Below, one piece after another: positions 1 to 10,523 of a DNA stretch of 64,000 bases. Both the position numbers and the translations under genes were made by a program. Below the pieces are notes generated by a model. It was given only the letters and a program-made list of their open reading frames with translations. It searched no databases and was not told the DNA's origin. Origin of the DNA: Octopus vulgaris (Eukaryota); contig OX597819.1 in NCBI GenBank assembly GCA_951406725.2, positions 66,278,001 to 66,342,000 on the forward strand. The letters are read 5' to 3'. Each line of letters starts with the position of its first letter. The first letter of the stretch is position 1.

Positions 1-1593
1 CTCAAAGCATGTAAGCATGCCCTGTCAAAACCCCTCAAGATTCTCTTCCAGAGTTTTCTTGCGAATGGCAAACTGCCAAGCAAGCTGAAGGAGGGAATAA
101 TATGCCCAATACATAAAGGGGGAAGTAGAGCAGATGCCAAAAACTATAGGCCTATCTCTCTGACTTCACACATCAGCAAAGTCATGGAAAGGATAGTCAG
201 AAAGCAACTAATCGCATTCCTTGAGGAAAATAACTTGCTGAGTAATACCCAGCATGGTTTTCGACCAGGTAGGAGCTGCCTGACCCAGCTCTTACAGCAT
301 TATAACTGGGTGTTGAGGTAGTTACTCAACAAATCAAATGTGGACGTAATCTACCTTGATTTTGCCAAAGCTTTTGACAAGGTGGATCATGGTATGATAT
401 GCCACAAACTACGTGACCTCGGCATAGCTGGAAAACTTGGAGTGTGGTTGCATGACTTCCTGAAAGATAGGAGTCAGGCAGTAGTGGTTAATGGAGCCAC
501 CTCTATGAACACACAAATAGGGAGCGGTGTTCCACAGGGCACCGTCTTGGGACCACTGCTTTTCATAGTGGCTCTCTCAGATATGCCCTCAAATGCCCGG
601 ATAGCCACTCTGGCCAGCTATGCAGACGTTACGAAAGTCTCGCAGAAAATACAGAACCCCAGCGATGTTGCACACCTGCAGCAGGAGTTGGACTCAATCT
701 ACAGATGGGCTGAGGATAATAATATGCAGTTTAATGCTGAAAAATTCCAGGCCTTGCGCTACCAGCATCCAAAACTGAATATTAAACTTACAGGATACAC
801 CGGTCCACAGGGAATTTCAATCCCGGAACCTAAGTCTGTGAGGGACCTGGGTATCGACATGAGTGATGATACCTCTTTCCAAGTGCACATTACCAGGATG
901 GCGACAACGTGCAGACGACTGGCTGGGTAGATCCTAAGAACATTCAGAACCAGAGATAAGGAAACCATGATGGTCCTCTGGCGGACATTCATCTTCAGTC
1001 TCTTGGATTACTGCTCACAGCTATGCTCACCCACCAGTGTAAAATTAACAGCGGACCTTGAAACAATTCAGTGAAGATTTACAAAGAAGATCGTCTCTTT
1101 GCAACAGCTCAGCTACTGGGAAAGGTTGAAACAGCTAAGACTCTACTCCCTGGAGAGAAGACGGGAGAGGTATGCAGTAATATATGTCAGGAAGATCCTG
1201 GAAGGAATTGTGCCAAATTTTGGCATTGTAAGCTACACCAATGCTAGAACGGGACGACACTGCATAGTGCCAAAGATCCCAGCAATGCCATCACGCTTCA
1301 GGACCAGATTCTGCATCAGCCTGGGTTTCAAGGGCCCACAGCTTTTTAATATTCTCCCAAAGAGTCTGAGGAACTTGCACAAAGTAGATGTAGCGGTTTT
1401 TAAATCAAAGCTGGACATCTTCCTGTCAACAGTCCCAGATGAACCTACCTCACGGCAAGAGGTGCAAATGAGAGTAACTGTATCAAACTCCATTCTTCAC
1501 CAATTGCCACATATTAGACGAGGTTCGTCGCAATAACAGTGTAGCACAAAACGGCGGTGCATCAGCATGGCCACAGCTCTGAGCTGAAACTAG

Positions 1594-1596
<3 letters not shown>
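1..1596 (+). mobile_element. CR1-group non-LTR retrotransposon, ORF2 RT and C-terminal part plus 3' UTR; pseudogenised, runs off the left edge
   Basis: Translates to [43 protein letters not shown] and YADVT (YADD mutated). In-frame stops near 318, 928 and 1072. The 3' tail ggcggtgcatcagcatggccacagctctgagctgaaactagaa is followed by (TA)n. Confidence 0.92.
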
Positions 1597-1635
<39 letters not shown>

Positions 1636-1788
1636 TAATGCAATACGAGAGTATTACTTTCCAGTAAAGAATAGCCCGTGAGGGAAAATTATACATATAT
1701 ATACATACACACACAGACACCAGTCGAACCGTCCAACCCATGCTAGCAATGGAAAATAGATGTTAAATGATGATGCTGATGATGATGA

Positions 1789-1836
<48 letters not shown>

Positions 1837-2549
1837 GTATATATTTATATATGAACACACACACACACACATATATATAAGCAATATTAAATCTCTGAAT
1901 GAAAGGTAAACAGTAACAGCACGGATTCGTGAAATATATCACATACTGTTGATGGGTTACTACTCAGGAACCTGGGTCTATATGCATCACGTACGGCTAG
2001 AGATGTGAACGATGATTTCCTAATCAGACACAGACAGTGTGTCATCAGCCAGCTGGAGGAGATGTTCTCCTGGGGCTAAAAACAACAGTAACAACAGTAG
2101 TATTGTCCTCTATGGGACCACCACATTTAATTGGCAAATATATATATATATATACTTATATATATAAGTGTATATGTATGTGTGTATGTGTATATATGTG
2201 TTTAAGTACATATATATATATACACACACACACACATATATATATATACACAGACACACATAAATATATATAAATATCTGTGTGTGTGTGCATGAGTGTG
2301 TGCATGTGTGTGCATGTATGTGTGCATGTGTTATTCATCCTATTCATCTCCTCCTCTATCCTGATAAGAACTTCACGTGTGAAACATGATTAATGTCTAC
2401 GACAATTTAATAGCTATTTATTTTAATACCAACAAATGTAATTTGTTCACTTCCCTAGTATAATTAAATATTTATCAATAATCAACACACACACACTCAT
2501 ACAATTCCCCAAACATGTACACTCACACATGTATATATACATATGCAAA

Positions 2550-2740
2550 ATATCATCATCGTCATCAACCTTTGGCGTTCCTTTTCCATACTGGCATAGG
2601 TTGAAGAGTTTCACTGCAACTGGTAAGCTGAAGAGATACATCAGACTCCAGTCTGCTTTAGCTTGCTTTCTATGACTACATGTCCTTTCTAATGCCAACC
2701 ATTCCATAGAGTATAGGGGGTACTTTTCACATGTCACTGG
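2550..2740 (-). mobile_element. SINE/LINE 3' remnant ending in a (GAT)n tail; related tail at about 1720-1790 (+)
   Basis: Both sites have aacc.atgc.ag.atggaaaa followed by GAT repeats, in opposite orientations. Confidence 0.5.
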
Positions 2741-2770
2741 AATATATGCCTTTTAACATGTGTGTGTGTG

Positions 2771-3035
2771 TATTATTGTGTTGGGGGAGAGTCATTCTCT
2801 TTTGGTGCCTTATTGATTTAACACACTCACCAGTCTAATTTCCACTCAATGACTATTGAAAGGGTTACAAGTCACAACGAAAATTTTTGTAAAATATAAG
2901 TAAATGAGTGGAAATAAGACTGGTGAGTATTAAATTAGTGGGGTCCTAGAGGAGGATGACTCTCCCCACACATAATAAAATATGCTTCAACGCATGAATT
3001 CCCATAAAGAATCCTACAAACCACATACAAGAACG
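2771..3035. repeat. Diverged fold-back element with unique tail
   Basis: Imperfect inverted arms about 2771-2856 and 2897-2977 (ggggagagtcat/atgactctcccc; ctcaccagtct/agactggtgag). Unique tail 2978-3035, then (TA)n. Confidence 0.7.
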
Positions 3036-3263
3036 ATATATATATATATATATTAACATCACAAAAATTTAGAAACTTCAAGAATGTGAAATAGATTGTT
3101 TTTTAGGAATGATAGGTCTTGGAGCAAATAAGGTTATAATTAATAATATGCAAATACCTTTTATATAGAAAAGTCAACTGTTTCTATCTAAATGGTTTTT
3201 AACTCAATGTTAACATACTTTTACTTGTGGACTTATTTACTTCAGGAGTCACCATTTTAAAAA

Positions 3264-3311
<48 letters not shown>

Positions 3312-3317
<6 letters not shown>

Positions 3318-3583
3318 GAAATGAAGAAAATGCTGAAAAAATAATTTAAGAGATAGTGTTCCTTTCTGATAGATTTTTTCCTCTTAAGAGGAAAAAATCT
3401 ATCAGAAAAGAACTCTATCTCTCTTGAAAAAATATTTTTTGATAAGTATAACAAATGCGCAACCGGTAAAAAGAACTTTCACCTAATTAAATACACTCTC
3501 CCTTACTTAAATTATTTTGTCAGCATTTTCTTCATTTCCTTTTTTTATATATCACAACTCGTGTTCCACATCTCCTATTTTAA

Positions 3584-3584
<1 letters not shown>
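3312..3584. repeat. Fold-back element with zero-spacer palindrome and tail, inside (TA)n
   Basis: Palindrome about 3349-3422 centred on TTAA. Outer arms about 3312-3350 and 3506-3545. Tail about 3553-3584. Confidence 0.8.
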
Positions 3585-3627
<43 letters not shown>

Positions 3628-4030
3628 GGAGTGGCTGTGTGGTAAGTAGCTTGCTAACCAACCACATTGCTCCAGATTCAGTCCCACTGCGTGGCATTTT
3701 GGGCAAGTGTCTTCTGCTATAGCCCAGGGCCGATCAATGCCTTGTGAGTGGATTTGGTAGATGGAAACTGAAAGAAGCCTGTCGTATATATGTATATATA
3801 TATGTGTGTGCGTATGTGTTTGTGTGTCTGTGTTTGTCCCCCTAGCATTGCTTGACAACCGATGCTGGTGTGTTTACGTCCCCATCACTTAGCGGTTCGG
3901 CAAAAGAGACTGATAGAATAAGTACTGGGCTTAGAAAGAATAAGTCCCGGGGTCGATTTACTCGACTAAAGGCGGTGCTCCAGCATGGCCACAGTCAAAT
4001 GACTGAAACAAGTAAAAGAGTAAAAGAGTA
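3628..4030 (+). mobile_element. tRNA-derived SINE (family A), near full length, with LINE-like 3' tail
   Basis: Pol III A/B-box-like head (gtggctgtgtggtaag...gattcagtccc), internal microsatellite, tail ggcggtgctccagcatggccacagtcaaatgactgaaacaag(taaaagag)2. Many copies in the window. Confidence 0.9.
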
Positions 4031-4521
4031 AATATATATTGTTATATTTCGGAATGGTCATCTTGCCAGTTTAGCCAATAAAAACACCCGCACTATATAT
4101 TTGGTGTTATTTTGCTTCAGTGATATTTATTTTTTACATTAATCTTAATCTTATTTCGGCCAAAGTTCTTTCGTCACACTCCTGTGACCGCATCAGTGGT
4201 CCTTTGTTTTCTTCTCACTTACTTGTGTCTCTCCTTACTAACCGTCAGCCATTTTGTATTTCTATTGTATGTCTTCATTTGCGCATGCTTATATCTCTAT
4301 GTGCGTCTATGTTTATTTAGTGTGTGTATGAGGGGGATGCCTGTAATATTTGTATCTTCTGGTTATATACATTCTTGTAATTTGTATTTTGTTTTTGTTG
4401 TTGTTGCTTTTGTTCTAATTTTGTTCATGTGTTTACATCCACCCATTATTATCATTACATATGCTTGTATGTATGTATAACAACAATATTAGTAATAATA
4501 ATAATAAATCTAATTGAAAAA

Positions 4522-4598
<77 letters not shown>

Positions 4599-4698
4599 CA
4601 TATATACACACACATATACACATATACATATATATAGTTATTCATTTCTATTTCTTTGATTATTTGTGTATTTATTATGTTTGCAGGATCCACTATCG

Positions 4699-6359
4699 TC
4701 ATATGTTGTGGTGTGCGCTATTGCTCCATTCTAGTTTTCTATTCAGGCTAGGTTTATTTTCTATTATATGTGTAGCTTCTGTAATTTGTCTAATTGTTGC
4801 ATCTGTTCTATGTGTGGACAATATCTTAATCTCTATGTTATTGATTGATCCCCCGTGTTCTTGTTCAGCGTGTTGGTACAGAATCGATGAGCTTTTACCT
4901 TCCTTGAGTTGTCTCCAATGTTCATTCACCCGCTCACCAATGCTTCTTGCTGTTTCCCCTACGTATGTTACTGTCTTGTTACTGCATCGTCCCTCTATAC
5001 ATCTTATACTATAGACCACATTTCTGGCTTTACAGTTTGTTTGTGGGCTAAATCTACATACAGTGCAATAGTTATCCGTACAGAGAGTTCTACTAAAAGG
5101 ATAGCTTCTACCAATTATAGATCTGATAGGGTTGCCTGGCTTTTCAACAACCTTAATTCTTAGTTTAAGTTTATCTAGGGTCCTTCTAAAGCGGTACGCC
5201 AGTTCACCTCCAGGGATGGTGTCAACGAACATGACACTCTGGTATTTATGGCTATCATACCAAGAGTTGGCCTTCCCTATTTTCTTTTTGTCCTTTCTAT
5301 AGTGTTCCATGACTTGTTCCTATAGAGTGGGCAAATCCCATTCCTATCATTACATAATATATTATCAAATTTCTTCATGGCTCCTTTGTATACTCTGACC
5401 CTTTCTTTATGGCTGTAACCTGAGAACTGCATGCGGTGAATGAAATACTGTATGTGTCTCTTTAATTCTGTAGGCTCGCACATGCGTGACACATTTCTCA
5501 TTATTCTGACGAGGTCTGCCATCAAAATATTGAATTTGGTATTGCCCGCAATGGCTGAGTTCCGGTGGATCAGGTATTTTGAGGCCATAGGTTTTGCATA
5601 GTATGAATGAAGGATTTGGGTTTTATTTTTCACAATTTCTAGCCAGAGTTCAGTGTCTAGTACTGGTAGTCTATGGTTGGGGTGTTTAGTGGGGTAGTCT
5701 ATTGTGACCTTAATACTCTGGTGGATGGAGTTAGCTATTTGCTGGATGCTCTCCATAGTATTAATTTCTATTACTATATCAACATTACTCTCTTGTGGGG
5801 GTGCCTTTACTACTATATTGATATCATCAACATAGCGAGAGTACATGTTTACGAGTATGGATTTCTGCAGTAGGCATTCTTTAAGCCTTCTGTCCCACCA
5901 TACCATGAAGAGGTTGGCCACATCACCAGCGATACTAACACCGATGGCTGCCCCCTCGTCCTGGGCATATATTTTATTATTAAATTTAAATGTGTGGCCT
6001 TTTAGGGTAACTCTTATACTAGCTCCTAGTGCATGTGCGATCATTTTCTTTACCTGATGGACATTTGCGGGGCTCCGTATGGCTCTGGTTCATCCGCGCC
6101 ATCTTTCTATATGTGTCTTCCTAGCCATAGAAGTAATTGTAGGCGGTCTACCTCTTAAACATCTACTGGGGCAGAAACTACTAATATTATGTTTATCTAA
6201 GTATTCACTATTATATGTCAGTCTAAGTAGGAGGCCCAGTTCTTCTGTGTCGACATTACAGAACTCCACCTGGCTCTCGTTGATCATCTCCACGCACTTC
6301 TCCACTGCAAAATCTACGTCAATCGATGGGTATAGGGATACCACATCCATGCTACCTAC
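4699..6359 (-). pseudogene. PLE1 RT + GIY-YIG ORF, minus copy (longer; one in-frame TGA, one frameshift)
   Basis: SMDVVSLYPSI (motif A), QDEGAAIGVSIAGDVANLFM, RYVDD, VVYSIRC...YVGETAR. TGA at 6090-6092. One-base loss in the A-run near 5285. Confidence 0.9.
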
Positions 6360-6360
6360 T

Positions 6361-7644
6361 AATAATAAAATATATGCCCAGGACGAGGGGGCAGCCATCG
6401 GTGTTAGTATCGCTGGTGATATGGCCAACCTCTTCATGGTATGGTGGGACAGAAGGCTTAAAGAATGCCTACTGCAGAAATCCATACTCGTAAACATGTA
6501 CTCTCGCTATGTTGATGATATCAATATAGTAGTAAAGGCACCCCCACAAGAGAGTAATGTTGATATAGTAATAGAAATTAATACTATGGAGAGCATCCAG
6601 CAAATAGCTAACTCCATCCACCAGAGTATTAAGGTCACAATAGACTACCCCACTAAACACCCCAACCATAGACTACCAGTACTAGACACTGAACTCTGGC
6701 TAGAAATTGTGAAAAATAAAACCCAAATCCTTCATTCATACTATGCAAAACCTATGGCCTCAAAATACCTGATCCACCGGAACTCAGCCATTGCGGGCAA
6801 TACCAAATTCAATATTTTGATGGCAGACCTCGTCAGAATAATGAGAAATGTGTCACGCATGTGCGAGCCTACAGAATTAAAGAGACACATACAGTATTTC
6901 ATTCACCGCATGCAGTTCTCAGGTTACAGCCATAAAGAAAGGGTCAGAGTATACAAAGGAGCCATGAAGAAATTTGATAATATATTATGTAATGATAGGA
7001 ATGGGATTTGCCCACTCTATAGGAACAAGTCATGGAACACTATAGAAAGGACAAAAAAGAAAATAGGGAAGGCCAACTCTTGGTATGATAGCCATAAATA
7101 CCAGAGTGTCATGTTCGTTGACACCATCCCTGGAGGTGAACTGGCGTACCGCTTTAGAAGGACCCTAGATAAACTTAAACTAAGAATTAAGGTTGTTGAA
7201 AAGCCAGGCAACCCTATCAGATCTATAATTGGTAGAAGCTATCCTTTTAGTAGAACTCTCTGTACGGATAACTATTGCACTGTATGTAGATTTAGCCCAC
7301 AAACAAACTGTAAAGCCAGAAATGTGGTCTATAGTATAAGATGTATAGAGGGACGATGCAGTAACAAGACAGTAACATACGTAGGGGAAACAGCAAGAAG
7401 CATTGGTGAGCGGGTGAATGAACATTGGAGACAACTCAAGGAAGGTAAAAGCTCATCGATTCTGTACCAACACGCTGAACAAGAACACGGGGGATCAATC
7501 AATAACATAGAGATTAAGATATTGTCCACACATAGAACAGATGCAACAATTAGACAAATTACAGAAGCTACACATATAATAGAAAATAAACCTAGCCTGA
7601 ATAGAAAACTAGAATGGAGCAATAGCGCACACCACAACATATGA
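6361..7644 (+). CDS. PLE1 RT C-terminal half + Cys-rich linker + GIY-YIG endonuclease; open but 5'-truncated
   Basis: NNKIYAQDEG...RYVDD...LPVLD...CTDNYCTVC...VVYSIRC...YVGETARSIGERVNEH...RQITEA...PSLN. Genuine sense sequence starts only at the inversion junction. Confidence 0.9.
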   Translation, partial: NNKIYAQDEGAAIGVSIAGDMANLFMVWWDRRLKECLLQKSILVNMYSRYVDDINIVVKAPPQESNVDIVIEINTMESIQQIANSIHQSIKVTIDYPTKHPNHRLPVLDTELWLEIVKNKTQILHSYYAKPMASKYLIHRNSAIAGNTKFNILMADLVRIMRNVSRMCEPTELKRHIQYFIHRMQFSGYSHKERVRVYKGAMKKFDNILCNDRNGICPLYRNKSWNTIERTKKKIGKANSWYDSHKYQSVMFVDTIPGGELAYRFRRTLDKLKLRIKVVEKPGNPIRSIIGRSYPFSRTLCTDNYCTVCRFSPQTNCKARNVVYSIRCIEGRCSNKTVTYVGETARSIGERVNEHWRQLKEGKSSSILYQHAEQEHGGSINNIEIKILSTHRTDATIRQITEATHIIENKPSLNRKLEWSNSAHHNI

Positions 7645-7738
7645 CGATAGTGGATCCTGCAAACATAATAAATACACAAATAATCAAAGAAATAGAAATG
7701 AATAACTATATATATGTATATGTGTATATGTGTGTGTA

Positions 7739-7819
<81 letters not shown>

Positions 7820-8133
7820 CAATTAGATTTATTATTATTATTACTAATATTGTTGTTATACATACATACAAGCATATGTAATGATAATAATGGGTGGATG
7901 TAAACACATGAACAAAATTAGAACAAAAGCAACAACAACAAAAACAAAATACAAATTACAAGAATGTATATAACCAGAAGATACAAATATTACAGGCATC
8001 CCCCTCACACACACACTAAATAAACATAGACGCACATAGAGATATAAGCATGCGCAAATGAAGACATACAATAGAAATACAAAATGGCTGACGGTTAGTA
8101 AGGAGAGACACAAGTAAGTGAGAAGAAAACAAA

Positions 8134-8178
8134 GGACCACTGATGCGGTCACAGGAGTGTGACGAAAGAACTTTGGCC
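8134..8178 (+). ncRNA. Degenerate minimal hammerhead-ribozyme-like motif in PLE1 3' region (mirror copy about 4158-4202, minus)
   Basis: ggacca CUGAUGC g GUCAC aggagu GUGAC GAAA g aa c UU uggcc: stem II and GAAA present, core A9 reads C, stems I and III weak. Confidence 0.5.
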
Positions 8179-8356
8179 GAAATAAGATTAAGATTAATGT
8201 AAAAAATAAATATCACTGAAGCAAAATAACACCAAATATATAGTGCGTGTGTTTTTATTGGCTAAACTGGCAATATGACCATTCCGAAATATAACAATAT
8301 CTGTTTTAACACAGGACTTCACATAAAAAATCTTGCACAACAAATATTTAAACGTA

Positions 8357-8394
<38 letters not shown>

Positions 8395-8439
8395 GTATGT
8401 GTGTGTGTGTAGTGTGTATGTATGTATATATGTATATAT

Positions 8440-8600
8440 GGTAGAAGACAATTGCCCAACGTGACACGTAGTGGGACTGAACCCGGAACTTTGGTTGGAA
8501 AGCAAACTTCTTACCATGCACCCACCCTTGCGTCAATATATATTTTTATTTTCTTGCTGTTTCGGCCTTTGGGCTGCGAACATGCTGGGGCACCACCATT
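8440..8600 (-). mobile_element. SINE family A fragments (head 8440-8532, tail about 8550-8600)
   Basis: Reverse complements of the head and tail of 3628-4030. Confidence 0.8.
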
Positions 8601-9004
8601 TGCTTTGCTACACTTTCATCAAACCTCCTTTGATGTGTAGTGTTTGGTGAATGAGGGGGCTTCATATTGCTGCACTCATCTGAGTTTCTTGAGAAAAGGT
8701 TATCAGGATCTGTTTGTTGACGGAAGGAAATCTAGTTTTCTTTTGAAAACGCCTACATCCACGACATGCAAGTCTCACAGGTTTCGTAGGGGATATTAAA
8801 GTGCAGTTGGACCTTGAGGCCCAAGATGATGGCAATGTTGGGATATTTGGCACTATGCTGTAGCACTTCATCCCGCTGTTTGTGTAACTTTCAATACGGG
8901 AGTTTAATACAGATTTATATTAATGTGTATCTTTCCCGCCTTCGTTCTAGGAAGTAGATTCTAATATAAATAGATCCACACACACACACACACACATACA
9001 CACG

Positions 9005-9119
<115 letters not shown>

Positions 9120-9844
9120 CGAAAGCTTATTTAAAGCAAAACTAGAAATCCAGGATCTTGAATTATTCAGTAATATTTTTTGCTAGTCTATTTTGTCCCT
9201 CTGCCTTATCTCATGGTGCGATACGAACATTTAACGTGGTTTTTAGAGTCAGGGATTTGACTGCTATTTCGGCATGGTGGTGTCTCTCAGACACCCTTAT
9301 TTTTAGTTGTAAAAAATTATTACCTTTGTACAGTATTTTTCCCATGCTGGCCACTTGATAATATTGATATTTAAATATCGATATTATCCTTATTTATAAA
9401 TAAATAAATAAATATATATATATATATATAATCAAAATAAGCAACAAGTATATCCGAGGTAATGTGTTACGATCGTTTCATGCTACTTCATTTTATTAAA
9501 CACTGTAAGTATTACATCAGTTTTAAAATGTCGAGAAATCTTCAGCCACTTATAGAAATTTTCAATCAAACGGACAATGCACATTCTAATCTCTATTTCG
9601 TTTGCCAACATTATAAAGAACATGATAGTATTAAATTTACTCTCTGACCATAGATTCCTTCATTTTGTTATTTAGATCTGTTAGTGGGGAGGGGGATTCA
9701 ATTTTTGGTTGGATGGAGACAAAGAATTTTTATCTTTATAGTCATATAGGAAGGGGTAGAAACTAATGTCAAAACCAATAAACCTATTCCTATTATGAGT
9801 AACCTAGCCCAGATATATTTGAATGCACTAAGCAAAAAGCTGAA

Positions 9845-9876
<32 letters not shown>

Positions 9877-9879
<3 letters not shown>

Positions 9880-10065
9880 GTCCATATCACGAGGAAAACA
9901 CCGGTTCTCGTCTGATCACCGAAGTTAAGTAACGTCGAGCCTAGTAAGTACTTAGATGGGTGACCGCGCGGGAAACCTAGATGCTGTAAGCGTCACAGGT
10001 GTTTTAAGGCGATGCTTCAGCATGGCCACAGTCAAATGACTGAAACAAGTAAAAGAATAAAAGAG
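9877..10065 (+). mobile_element. 5S rRNA-derived SINE or retro-chimera: 5S head + family A/LINE tail
   Basis: 9877-9993 follows metazoan 5S rRNA (ccatatcacg...ccggttctcgtctgatcaccgaagttaag...agtacttagatgggtgaccgc...gctgta). It is followed by aaggcgatgcttcagcatggccacagtcaaatgactgaaacaagtaaaagaataaaagag. Confidence 0.9.
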
Positions 10066-10175
10066 CGCACCTATACACTTACACACACATACATATAAAT
10101 AGATAGATAAATAGATAGGGTATTAAGATGCTTGTTTACAAATATATAAACATATGTGTATGTAACTATATATAA

Positions 10176-10216
<41 letters not shown>

Positions 10217-10300
10217 CTCCAAACATGAAAACACAACAACGTGAGGACGTGGAACAAGTATAGTATTATTGGACGCTGAGGAAAGAAGGACAGAGGGAGG

Positions 10301-10335
10301 GTTTAACGTTTCGAGCGGAGCTCTTCGTCAGAAAC
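10301..10335 (-). ncRNA. Minimal type I hammerhead ribozyme in a PLE-like 3' remnant (about 10213-10440)
   Basis: Minus strand: GUUU CUGACGA a GAGC ucc GCUC GAAAC GUU AAAC. Stems I and II pair; ACGU stem III is palindromic. Confidence 0.75.
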
Positions 10336-10432
10336 ATAGGAAAAAGAAAGATCCAAAGAAGGGAAGACGGAGGAAAAAAATTGCCAACGGTACACACGCG
10401 GTCATATATATGTATGTATACAAACATATACC

Positions 10433-10521
<89 letters not shown>

Positions 10522-10523
<2 letters not shown>

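Larger units (their letters stand above)
4036..8357. mobile_element. Penelope-like element 1: two 5'-truncated copies joined head-to-head as an inverted repeat of about 1.94 kb
   Basis: Arms 4036-5982 and 6360-8300 are near-identical reverse complements. Spacer 5983-6359 is extra upstream RT sequence of the minus copy. Unique 57-nt tail 8301-8357, then (TA)n. Confidence 0.95.

Noticed and set aside
6079-6360. N-terminal 94 aa of the 521-aa ORF as a novel PLE domain
   Set aside because: It is the antisense of the minus copy's RT, read through the inversion junction by chance.
9440-9520. Hammerhead-like GAAACgaucGUA on the minus strand
   Set aside because: The CUGANGA box and stem II are not recoverable.
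9877-9993. Functional 5S rRNA gene
   Set aside because: First bases missing, several substitutions, no immediate oligo-T terminator, fused to a SINE tail, not in an array.
10381-10521. N-terminus of the 566-aa ORF
   Set aside because: Translation of flanking (TA)n; LINE sequence starts near 10522.
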